Shown: positions 18,905-26,270 of the stretch, one piece after another
How the letters are laid out: each line of letters starts with the position of its first letter
Numbering within the stretch: position 1 is the first letter of the stretch
Origin: Acidobacteriota bacterium
GTDB lineage: Bacteria; Acidobacteriota; Blastocatellia; Pyrinomonadales; Pyrinomonadaceae
Direction: 5' to 3'
Assembly (NCBI GenBank): GCA_046733695.1
Contig: JBKPPU010000273.1
Coordinates: 2,085 to 66,084, forward strand
Length of the DNA: 64,000 nt
Translations under genes and position numbers: made by a program
The notes under the pieces: generated by a model
Database searches by the model: none
The model's input: only the letters and a program-made list of their open reading frames with translations
Told to the model about the DNA's origin: nothing

Positions 18905-20916
18905 CTCGGCTGTTTGTGGGGTTTAGTATCTGGAGGGACCAAAAGCCGTTGTTTAGTGATCAGTTTCGCCGCGGGGAATCAGATAAAAGCAAGTTATCGG
19001 GAGTAAAAAGCTCCCGGCTGATCTCCGGTCTCTCGGATGTCGCGTGGCGCGCGTTTCAGTCAGTCAACCAGCGGCTGCCGGAAGGTGAAGCGATTCGGCC
19101 CAACTGGGCTCCGGGTCCGCTTCTCAAATCCTACGAACGCACTGCTCCACCACTCGGGTTCCCACGCGAAACCGACAGTCTTTGTCCAACCTGCGTAAAA
19201 GAAGTTCGCAATGCTGTGATCACCGGCGCGGTGCCGCTCGAAACGCTGATGCACGAGCACCCCGGTGAAATCAAGGCGCAGATCGTCGAAGACAACGGAC
19301 AGGTCGTGATGAAAAAGACTTGTCCGAAGCATGGAGAATTCGAAGACGTGATGTCGACCGATCCCGCTTTTCTGGAAAGGATCGAATCACTCTTCTTTGG
19401 ACGTGACTTCCGTGCCGCCGAAGACAAAGACGTCCACAAGCATGGAACGTCGAACATAAAGTTTGGACGTGGCGCTGTTTTGACTGTCGACCTGACGAAC
19501 CGCTGCAACATGATGTGCAATCCGTGCTTCATGGATGCGAATCAGGTTGGCTATGTTCACGAGCCCACGTTTGAAGACACCAAAGCGATTCTCGATCGTG
19601 CTGTCTCCTTTAAACCACGACGTCAGGTAATCATTCTCTTCTCCGGCGGCGAGCCAACACTTTCGCCTTACTACCTTGACGCAGTCGCATACGCGAAGAA
19701 GATCGGTTTCTATCGAATTCTCGCAGCGACCAACGGCATTCGTTTCGCCGAAGATCTCGAATTCTGCAAAGCGGCCAAAGCTGCTGGACAACACGGCGTC
19801 TATTTACAGTTCGACGGAGTCAGCGAAGAGAAGAACAAGCATCGTGGTGTCGGCAACTTGTTCGACGTCAAATTGCGTGCGATTGAGAATCTCGCTGAAG
19901 CTGGTATCAAAGTCACACTCGTCGTCACCATCGTCAACAATCTCAACAACGACGGCATCGGACAAATCGTTGAGTTTGCAGCGAAGAACATCGACAAGGT
20001 GCAGACGATCGCATTCCAGCCGGTTTCCTTCACCGGACGCGACGAAGACATTTCTGACGAGCTGCGCAAGAAGTGGCGCTACACGCTCGCGGGCATGACA
20101 CACGATCTGAAGAATCAGCTCGGTGGTCACATTCAACCGCTGCGCGACTGGTTCCCGCTCTCGTCCTACTCGGCTTTCACGAGCGTGATGGACATGTTGC
20201 AGGGCGCTGATGCCCCGTGGGGCTGGTCGTCGTGCAATTGTCACCCGAACTGCGGCATCTTCACGCTTCTGGTCGTAAACAAGAACACCGGTGAATTCAA
20301 ATCGTTGTTTGAATTCTTCAACTACGAACAGTTTATGAAAGACGTGGCGGTGATCACCGACACGGCACGCGGTCGCAAACTCTCTTACGCGCAACTCGGC
20401 ATGGCGATCATGCGAAACTTCAGCGCTGAGCGAGCGCCGGAGGGATTTCCGATCTCGCAGATCATCAACCTGTTCAAGCCGTCGTCAACCAATTCCAATT
20501 CCGATCGTAACGACCGCATGGCCCAGAAGACTGCTGATGCAAACGATAACTGGCGCGTGCTCTGCGTCGAGGGAATGTGGTTTCAGGATCTCTTTAATTA
20601 CGATTTTCGTCGTACTGAGATGTGCGTAATTCCCTACGGCACTCAGGAAGGCGAGATCTCCTTCTGCGCATACAACACGGGCGTTGGCTGGCGCCAGATC
20701 ATCGAGAACATGCACAAGACCGCGGGCCTGGCCGAGTGGTATGAAGAGCATGGCCGGCACAAGGTCTATGCCGCGGGCAAGCCGGTGCCGTTAACAACAA
20801 CCAAACATTCCTTGAGTCTGCCGGTTATTCAGGCTGTATTGGCGGAGGACGCCGAAGACAAGCCGGTTCATGTAAGTCCTTATCTTCTGGAAGACGAAGA
20901 GACGGTTTCTGTTTAG
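18877..20916 (+). CDS. Radical SAM protein resembling tetraether/membrane-spanning lipid synthase (Tes / GDGT-MAS family)
   Basis: N-terminal Cys pairs (SLCPTC ... KKTCPKHGEFED), radical SAM motif CNMMCNPCF, and further Cys clusters (SSCNCHPNCG; MCVIPYG...ISFCAYN). The true start is uncertain because the first codons of the ORF lie inside the family C repeat. Confidence 0.55.
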   Translation: MDPANPVYHARLFVGFSIWRDQKPLFSDQFRRGESDKSKLSGVKSSRLISGLSDVAWRAFQSVNQRLPEGEAIRPNWAPGPLLKSYERTAPPLGFPRETDSLCPTCVKEVRNAVITGAVPLETLMHEHPGEIKAQIVEDNGQVVMKKTCPKHGEFEDVMSTDPAFLERIESLFFGRDFRAAEDKDVHKHGTSNIKFGRGAVLTVDLTNRCNMMCNPCFMDANQVGYVHEPTFEDTKAILDRAVSFKPRRQVIILFSGGEPTLSPYYLDAVAYAKKIGFYRILAATNGIRFAEDLEFCKAAKAAGQHGVYLQFDGVSEEKNKHRGVGNLFDVKLRAIENLAEAGIKVTLVVTIVNNLNNDGIGQIVEFAAKNIDKVQTIAFQPVSFTGRDEDISDELRKKWRYTLAGMTHDLKNQLGGHIQPLRDWFPLSSYSAFTSVMDMLQGADAPWGWSSCNCHPNCGIFTLLVVNKNTGEFKSLFEFFNYEQFMKDVAVITDTARGRKLSYAQLGMAIMRNFSAERAPEGFPISQIINLFKPSSTNSNSDRNDRMAQKTADANDNWRVLCVEGMWFQDLFNYDFRRTEMCVIPYGTQEGEISFCAYNTGVGWRQIIENMHKTAGLAEWYEEHGRHKVYAAGKPVPLTTTKHSLSLPVIQAVLAEDAEDKPVHVSPYLLEDEETVSV

Positions 20917-21044
20917 CGTAGCCCACTTACGATTGTTCTAGTTTGGAATCTGTCCTATCCCTGGCTCCACTCTCCCCTTTTCTGGTTTAAAAATTTAGAG
21001 CGCCCGTAGGTTTGTCTATTTGACTTTTTGACGGAGATAACCCC

Positions 21045-21635
21045 ATGACCAAACTCTTGTCTATTGTTCTCATGCTGACGATCAGCATGGGTGTAGTTGC
21101 CTTTCCAACCTTTCAGGATCCTAAACCCGAAACAGTTCGGGCGACTCCGCCAGCCGACGGTATGGTAACTGTCCCGGACGGAACGGAGATCGAGATTCAG
21201 TTGAAAACAAACGCGTCTGGAGAAGAGCTCAAGATCGGCGACATTGTCGACTTTGTCGTAGTGAGGCCGGTCCAGGTAAACGGACTGACGATCTTTGAAA
21301 AGGAAGCAGCAGGCAGAGCACGTATCACCACGGCGAAGCGAGCTGGTCACTGGGGCCATGCAGGAAAACTGGAGTGGGCCATGCAGGATGTTATGGCTGC
21401 TGACGGTAACCGCATTCCGGCGAGATTTACGAAACGGAAGGTTGGCGACAGTAAAGGCGGGACTGTTGCAGTGGCGGCAGTCGCGACGACCGTTTTCCTT
21501 GGACCAGTTGGTCTATTGTGGGGTCTGAAGAAAGGCAAGCCGGCGATCATCCCCGCGGGCAATCGCTACAGCGTGTTCGTCGCCGGCGATACGAAGATTA
21601 AAGGAAAGCCGGTTGAAGTCAGTTCACAGGATTAA
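21045..21635 (+). CDS. Secreted/membrane-associated hypothetical protein
   Basis: GGAG-N8-ATG, signal-like N-terminus MTKLLSIVLMLTISMGVVAF, and a hydrophobic segment near the C-terminus (VAVAAVATTVFLGPVGLLWG). Confidence 0.5.
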   Translation: MTKLLSIVLMLTISMGVVAFPTFQDPKPETVRATPPADGMVTVPDGTEIEIQLKTNASGEELKIGDIVDFVVVRPVQVNGLTIFEKEAAGRARITTAKRAGHWGHAGKLEWAMQDVMAADGNRIPARFTKRKVGDSKGGTVAVAAVATTVFLGPVGLLWGLKKGKPAIIPAGNRYSVFVAGDTKIKGKPVEVSSQD

Positions 21636-21698
21636 CAAGATTCTCAGGATTAACAAGACTTCCTGTAAATCCTGTTAATCCTGACATCCTGTCTAAAA
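21627..21698. repeat. Family C repeat (hairpin-forming heptamer array) between convergent genes
   Basis: caggattaacaagattctcaggattaacaagacttcctgtaaatcctgttaatcctgacatcctgtctaaaa. caggattaaca pairs with tgttaatcctg. Confidence 0.8.
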
Positions 21699-21704
21699 CT
21701 GTCT

Positions 21705-21962
21705 TCATCCCTCGCCGTCGCCGCTGGGTCTTTGCACCTCGCGCAGCTGGGCCACAATGTCGCGTAAGCGTAACGCGAGATCCTCGATCGTTTGCACTCG
21801 CTTTCGCGATCGCTCACTCAACTCTTCGCGCAACAGGAGTTGGGCCTGGCCCAACACGCCGGTCAGTGGATTATTGATTTCATGGCGAATACGCGCCACG
21901 AGAGCGGCAGTCTCCTCGAGCTTCAGACGATATTGTGCAATCTGGTCTTCGTGTTCAGTCAT
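21705..21962 (-). CDS. Stand-alone HisKA (DHp) domain protein without catalytic ATPase domain
   Basis: 85 aa containing the H-box RIRHEINNPLTGVLGQAQLL. The ORF ends about 50 aa later with no HATPase_c region. Confidence 0.6.
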   Translation of the reverse strand: MTEHEDQIAQYRLKLEETAALVARIRHEINNPLTGVLGQAQLLLREELSERSRKRVQTIEDLALRLRDIVAQLREVQRPSGDGEG

Positions 21963-22113
21963 CGACTCTCCGTCGCGTCTTCCGGGAATCTGAAAATAAA
22001 AGCAGTTGTCTTTGTTTTTCGATAGGTGTGCCGCAAAATGTTGCTACAAACGTGCACATTGTGCCTCTGTGAGCACAAGAGTTCAAGCATTTAATTTTTG
22101 GAGGGTTGTTGTC

Positions 22114-23178
22114 GTGAACTTCAGAAGCTATCCAGGGAAAGTATTTGTAGTGGAGTCGAGCAAGGCAATTATTCGTGATGAGAAGTTGAAAGAACTGAAA
22201 TACAAGTCGGGTGAGGATCGTCCTCCTGGCAAGCGCGTTGGTGATGTGAAAATAATTCCGCAGCGCACAGAGATCAAAGTGACAGATGTAAAGAGTGATA
22301 CCGGCAGGCACACTTTTGTGTTCGCCCTCTCGGCGAGTGGCGATCAGTCTTATGGTTGGACCTCAGCGATGAACCTCGAAGGCGGATTCAAGAATGAAAC
22401 CGCAGGCCTCGCGCCAACGAAGTGGGATCTCGAACCATTAGGCACAAACATGACCTGCATCGACGCGAACGCGTTGATTCGTGATGGCGCACCAGATTTC
22501 GCTTCCAAAGGGACGTCGATCCCGGTGCGATCGTTTGTCGCCGTAACCGAGACTTCACCTGACGGTAAGTTTGTCAAAGTCAACAAGCTCGAGATCGTGC
22601 AGGGCCAGATGCAGCCGGGCGAGGAGCTCGGCTGGACCAAAGCCACGAATCTGAAAGAGGGCTGCTCTGATCTTTACTTCTCCGATGAATGGAACGATCA
22701 GAAGGGACCGAATGCGTGCTGGCGTTTGGGCAAATACCTTGGACCAAAGCTACTCGTGAATATCGTGGGCTTTGGCGCCGAGATGGAACAGATCACGCTC
22801 GACAGTCTCGCGCCTTACCTCAAATTGAAGGATGCTGCGGAAGCTGAAAACATCTCGATCTCAATCAACAGCGCCTTTCGCACGTTTCAACGACAGGCTG
22901 CATTACGAAAGCTGTTTGAAAAAGGTCAGGGCAATCTTGCTGCAAAGGCTGGGCACTCGAATCATCAACACGGCCAGGCATTCGATCTCAACACTCGTCA
23001 TAACGTGTTTGACGGATCAGACAAAGTGTACGAATGGCTGAAAGCGAATGCTCCAAAGCACGGCTTCGTTCGCACCGTCTCGAACGAATCATGGCACTGG
23101 GAATATCGCCCTGAGGACGCTGCCGAATTAGCCGCAGCAGGTAAGTTCAAAATGGCCGGTGTTGAGGACAGTGCCTAA
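22114..23178 (+). CDS. Peptidase M15B/VanY-like D-alanyl-D-alanine carboxypeptidase domain protein
   Basis: C-terminal motifs SAFRTFQRQAAL, GHSNHQHGQAFDL and SWHWEY. The start was set at GTG 22114, which is preceded by GGAGGG. No signal peptide is seen. Confidence 0.7.
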   Translation: MNFRSYPGKVFVVESSKAIIRDEKLKELKYKSGEDRPPGKRVGDVKIIPQRTEIKVTDVKSDTGRHTFVFALSASGDQSYGWTSAMNLEGGFKNETAGLAPTKWDLEPLGTNMTCIDANALIRDGAPDFASKGTSIPVRSFVAVTETSPDGKFVKVNKLEIVQGQMQPGEELGWTKATNLKEGCSDLYFSDEWNDQKGPNACWRLGKYLGPKLLVNIVGFGAEMEQITLDSLAPYLKLKDAAEAENISISINSAFRTFQRQAALRKLFEKGQGNLAAKAGHSNHQHGQAFDLNTRHNVFDGSDKVYEWLKANAPKHGFVRTVSNESWHWEYRPEDAAELAAAGKFKMAGVEDSA

Positions 23179-23769
23179 AATTTTCTCGGCAACCATCAAA
23201 TGTATCGGCCACAGTCGCCAGAGTCTACCCACTAAATCGAAAAACCAACCATAGAGTGCGGCGCCTGAGGAGGGCCAGATAGTAAACGTGACGAAACTGA
23301 CAACTGCGACAGCCAGGTTTACCATGCGATAAAGACCGCCGACGTAAAACGCACCTACTATGACGGCGGCAACATAACAGGAAACAACAGCGATCGCGTA
23401 CACAACGATTGCTTTCCAGATGGACGCATCTGTAAGTGAGTTTCGTATTACAAGGGCCACAAAGGCGGACCAACCAGCCTGTAAAAAGCCGCTTAATGCC
23501 AGGCCGGAAATCACATAAGCGTCGAAACGTGAATAGAGATCCAGCCGGAAGAGCCGTTGCACCAGGACCATCAGAACGCTGGTCATGATCACGACCGTCC
23601 AAAAGATCCAGTAACCCTTCGCTAAGCGCAACGCGAATGTTGCCCTTCCCAGTGGCCACAGCAACAGGGTCGTCAGGGCGAGGAAAAAGATGTTCAGAAC
23701 GATCGCGAAGAGATAGTCAAACAGCTCCTTCTGATCATCCTGAAGTAGCCATTTGGAAAACTCACCCAT
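23128..23769 (-). CDS. Integral membrane protein, unknown function
   Basis: 213-aa ORF with about 6 hydrophobic helices. Its 3' end overlaps the convergent M15 gene by about 50 nt. Confidence 0.5.
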   Translation of the reverse strand: MGEFSKWLLQDDQKELFDYLFAIVLNIFFLALTTLLLWPLGRATFALRLAKGYWIFWTVVIMTSVLMVLVQRLFRLDLYSRFDAYVISGLALSGFLQAGWSAFVALVIRNSLTDASIWKAIVVYAIAVVSCYVAAVIVGAFYVGGLYRMVNLAVAVVSFVTFTIWPSSGAALYGWFFDLVGRLWRLWPIHLMVAEKILGTVLNTGHFELTCCG

Positions 23770-23779
23770 ACATCATCCC

Positions 23780-24463
23780 TCAACACTTACGCGCCAGATC
23801 ACTGACAAGCGAAGCCTGTACAGCACCGTCAACCTGGAAATTCAGACGCGCCGCACGCCCAACATGAAACTCTCGAATCCGCGTCGCGCGTTTGATCTCC
23901 TCGATTGCCTTGGCGTCGATGCCGCCACCGGCAAGGATCGTTAACTGCGGAGCAGCGGCGTGTTCGTACTCTGCGAGTCGTTGGACTCTCGACGTCAGTT
24001 GGTCTCTTCCGCCGTGACTAAGAATGCGATCGACTTGCGGCAGTCGTTTGATATCGGTTAACGCGCGTAGTTTGTCGTTTGCATCTTCAAACGCATGGTG
24101 GAAGGTTGCTCGTGTATGCGGAGCGCACGCAAGCACGCGTTGCGTCAGTTCAATATCCACTTCACCATCTTTCAAAAAACCGAGCACAAAACCATCGACA
24201 TCAAGCGACGCAAAAGCTTCTGCGGCTCGACACAGGCGATCGACTTCATCGGTGCCATTCGTGCGATAACTCGGACTCTCGCGCAGCATGACACGAACCG
24301 GCAGTTCCGTGGCGTGTTTAATAGCGCGAACGAGTTCGAGCGAGGGAGTTAAACCGCCCTGATGCAAATCCCTGACTATCTCGAGCCGACCCGCACCGCC
24401 CCTTTCGGCCTCAACTGCATCTGCAACCGAACACACGATCACTTCTAACAATGGCATCAGCAC
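23780..24463 (-). CDS. cutC: Copper homeostasis protein CutC family
   Basis: LLEVIVCSVADAVEAERGGAGRLEIV opening and TIM-barrel-like CutC pattern over 227 aa. Confidence 0.85.
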   Translation of the reverse strand: MLMPLLEVIVCSVADAVEAERGGAGRLEIVRDLHQGGLTPSLELVRAIKHATELPVRVMLRESPSYRTNGTDEVDRLCRAAEAFASLDVDGFVLGFLKDGEVDIELTQRVLACAPHTRATFHHAFEDANDKLRALTDIKRLPQVDRILSHGGRDQLTSRVQRLAEYEHAAAPQLTILAGGGIDAKAIEEIKRATRIREFHVGRAARLNFQVDGAVQASLVSDLARKC

Positions 24464-24501
24464 TCAGTTTATCCATTTGTCACAAGAATTGGCTTCGACC
24501 T

Positions 24502-25585
24502 GTTGCCTCAATTCAAAATCTTCTCGAAATCTGATTCGTTGCCTCAACTCGAAATCTTCTCCAAATCGCTGGGCCGGCTGACCAAAAACAAAGTTGTTAT
24601 TGGTCCAGGTACTCTCCGGTCGCCTATACAATCGCTAGCGGCTTGTTGTCAGCCGCCAACTGTAATAGTTGCTCTTGTAGTCGCTCTATTTGTCGCTTCA
24701 GTTCGGCCGGGTTCAAACCAGCGTATTCCGCCTTCAGGCGACGCTTGCTGGCGGCTGACAAATACGGTGACTGTTGTAGCCTTTGATAACGCGTTTGCGC
24801 TACCTCATACGTCGTCTTTACCTGACTGCAATGCTGTTCTTTGGACTTAAGCTTCATCAGCGGTTGAAAGTAATTCGTATAGAGACGCAGATACTCAAAT
24901 AGTTTATTGACCAAGGTCAGTTGTTCCTGGCCAGCCAGACGCTGATAGCCGACATGCCGCCGCACCATGGTGTAGTTCTTCTGCTCCACATAGCAGTTTT
25001 CTTGCGGTAGGGCCGCGACCTGGTAAAGATAAGCCGCTCCTGTTGGCAGTACTGCAACCGGTCCGCATTGATAAACTCCGAACCGTTGTCCGAGTCAATC
25101 CCGCGCAAAGGAAACGGCAAACGCGCCCGCAGCTCTTTAAGGGCCGCAAAGACCCACACCTGAGCTTTGTTCTGCACCGCTTGCACCTCGGTCCAACCAC
25201 TGTAAATATCAGTCATATCAAGCGTCTGCAGATACTCTCCTTGCACGAGACCGCCGTTATGTCCAACCAGATCGATCTCCACAAACCCCGGTCGTTGCTC
25301 ATTCCACTCCCTGAAACTGCGCAGCGGAATCTGCTTCTTCAACAGTGTTTCCGGCTTAGTTCCACCACGCCCGCGCAACTCATGCTCGCGGCGCTCGCTA
25401 CGCAACAGCCGGTCGACCGTTGATAGCGACTTCTTGTTGCGGCCGTCACCGCTTTGCGTTCCGCCATCTTTAGCCTCAACCTTTTCTCCTCCTTCGCTGC
25501 TGAAGGAGGTCATTGTGAAACTTATTTCGAGAAGATTTTTCAGTCGAGGCACCGAATGCCTTTGGAGAAGATTTTAGTGAGTCAA
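24502..25585. mobile_element. Degenerate IS-like element: frameshifted DDE transposase flanked by doubled ~30-bp inverted repeats
   Basis: The left end has two tandem copies, gttgcctcaattcaaaatcttctcgaaatc (24502-24531) and gttgcctcaactcgaaatcttctccaaatc (24538-24567). The right end has two inverted copies, atttcgagaagatttttcagtcgaggca (25524-25551) and tttggagaagattttagtgagtcaa (25561-25585). Confidence 0.65.
24624..25513 (-). pseudogene. DDE (rve/integrase-core) transposase, disrupted by a frameshift near 24990-25000
   Basis: Two overlapping ORFs (24917-25552 and 24624-24989) join as ...TRSRPYRKK / NCYVEQKNYTMVRRHVGYQRL.... The upstream part carries the rve-like core (FVEIDLVGHNGG...DMTDIYSGWTE...GIDSDNGSEFIN). 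Confidence 0.7.
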
Positions 25586-25594
25586 TTCGTTCGG

Positions 25595-25623
25595 TTGACA
25601 AGTATAACGGCGATACGTAAATT
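25595..25623 (+). promoter_or_regulatory. Sigma70-type promoter of tRNA-Gln
   Basis: TTGACA (25595-25600), 17 nt, TAAATT (25618-25623). The tRNA starts 13 nt downstream. Confidence 0.6.
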
Positions 25624-25636
25624 CAAAACCTCATGC

Positions 25637-25710
25637 TGGGAGGTCGTCCAATGGTAGGACTCCAGACTCTGGATCTGGCTATCGGGGTTCGAGTCCCTGC
25701 CTCCCAGCCA
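25637..25710 (+). tRNA. tRNA-Gln (anticodon CTG)
   Basis: Cloverleaf folded by hand. Acceptor tgggagg/cctccca; D arm gtcc-aatggta-ggac; anticodon arm ccaga-CTCTGGA-tctgg; T arm cgggg-ttcgagt-ccctg; discriminator G; encoded CCA. Confidence 0.85.
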
Positions 25711-25802
25711 AAAAGATCACGCAGGTACGCGGTTATATCACGACGCTAGCAGCACGCTTTTTCGTTGTCCGCAGTGGGTTCGGTTGTATTGTTGTCGCCA
25801 TA

Positions 25803-25831
25803 TTGATGTTGACTGCCTGGTGATTTACAAT
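25803..25831 (+). promoter_or_regulatory. Candidate sigma70-type promoter far upstream of the TIR gene
   Basis: TTGATG (25803-25808), 17 nt, TACAAT (25826-25831). It points toward the TIR gene, about 430 nt upstream of its ATG. Confidence 0.35.
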
Positions 25832-26270
25832 GCCGCGGAATTGAACTTCGCAAATAATTGAAAAGCTGATCCTCAGCAAGTCACTGAGCCCGGCAAGCCA
25901 CCAGTGACTTCGATTGCATTCTAATCATAGACACAATCGTAGGCTCTTTTTTAAGCCATCCTACATGTTGCTTTTACTTTCCGAACTTCTGCCTTTGGCG
26001 ACGGGATGAGAGTCGAAAGAATTTCAGTTCAACTAGTTTTGACGTCAAGTGCGGTTCCACCTCACCACGTCAAGATTAAGAACGAAATTTTTTCACCGAA
26101 TTGAGCATAACAAGAGGGGGCAACTGCCTTGAGGCGCGGGCGGTAAATCTCGTGACGCCACGGCGTGTTGTTAGCTCTTGGGTCGCATTCATGGGTTCGA
26201 ATGCCTTGAGAATCCCGATCTATTTCACCAGCGCAAGAAAAGATCCCCCTTGACGCAGGAGGTTGTCGTA

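Noticed and set aside
21627-21698. Arrays of aatcctg/caggatt units (also at 13284, 18829 and 59587), considered as possible mini-CRISPR arrays.
   Set aside because: The units are only 7 nt long with 1-6-nt spacers. There is no regular 25-40-nt repeat/spacer periodicity and no cas genes. The copies are dispersed single elements that fold into hairpins.
26178-26270. Upstream TTG-initiated extension of the TIR ORF (ORF-track start 26178), and the 13-codon extension of the STAND ORF (27620).
   Set aside because: Strong Shine-Dalgarno sequences (AGGAGG and GGAGG) sit at the correct distance from the internal ATGs at 26271 and 27659. The extensions add no domain sequence.
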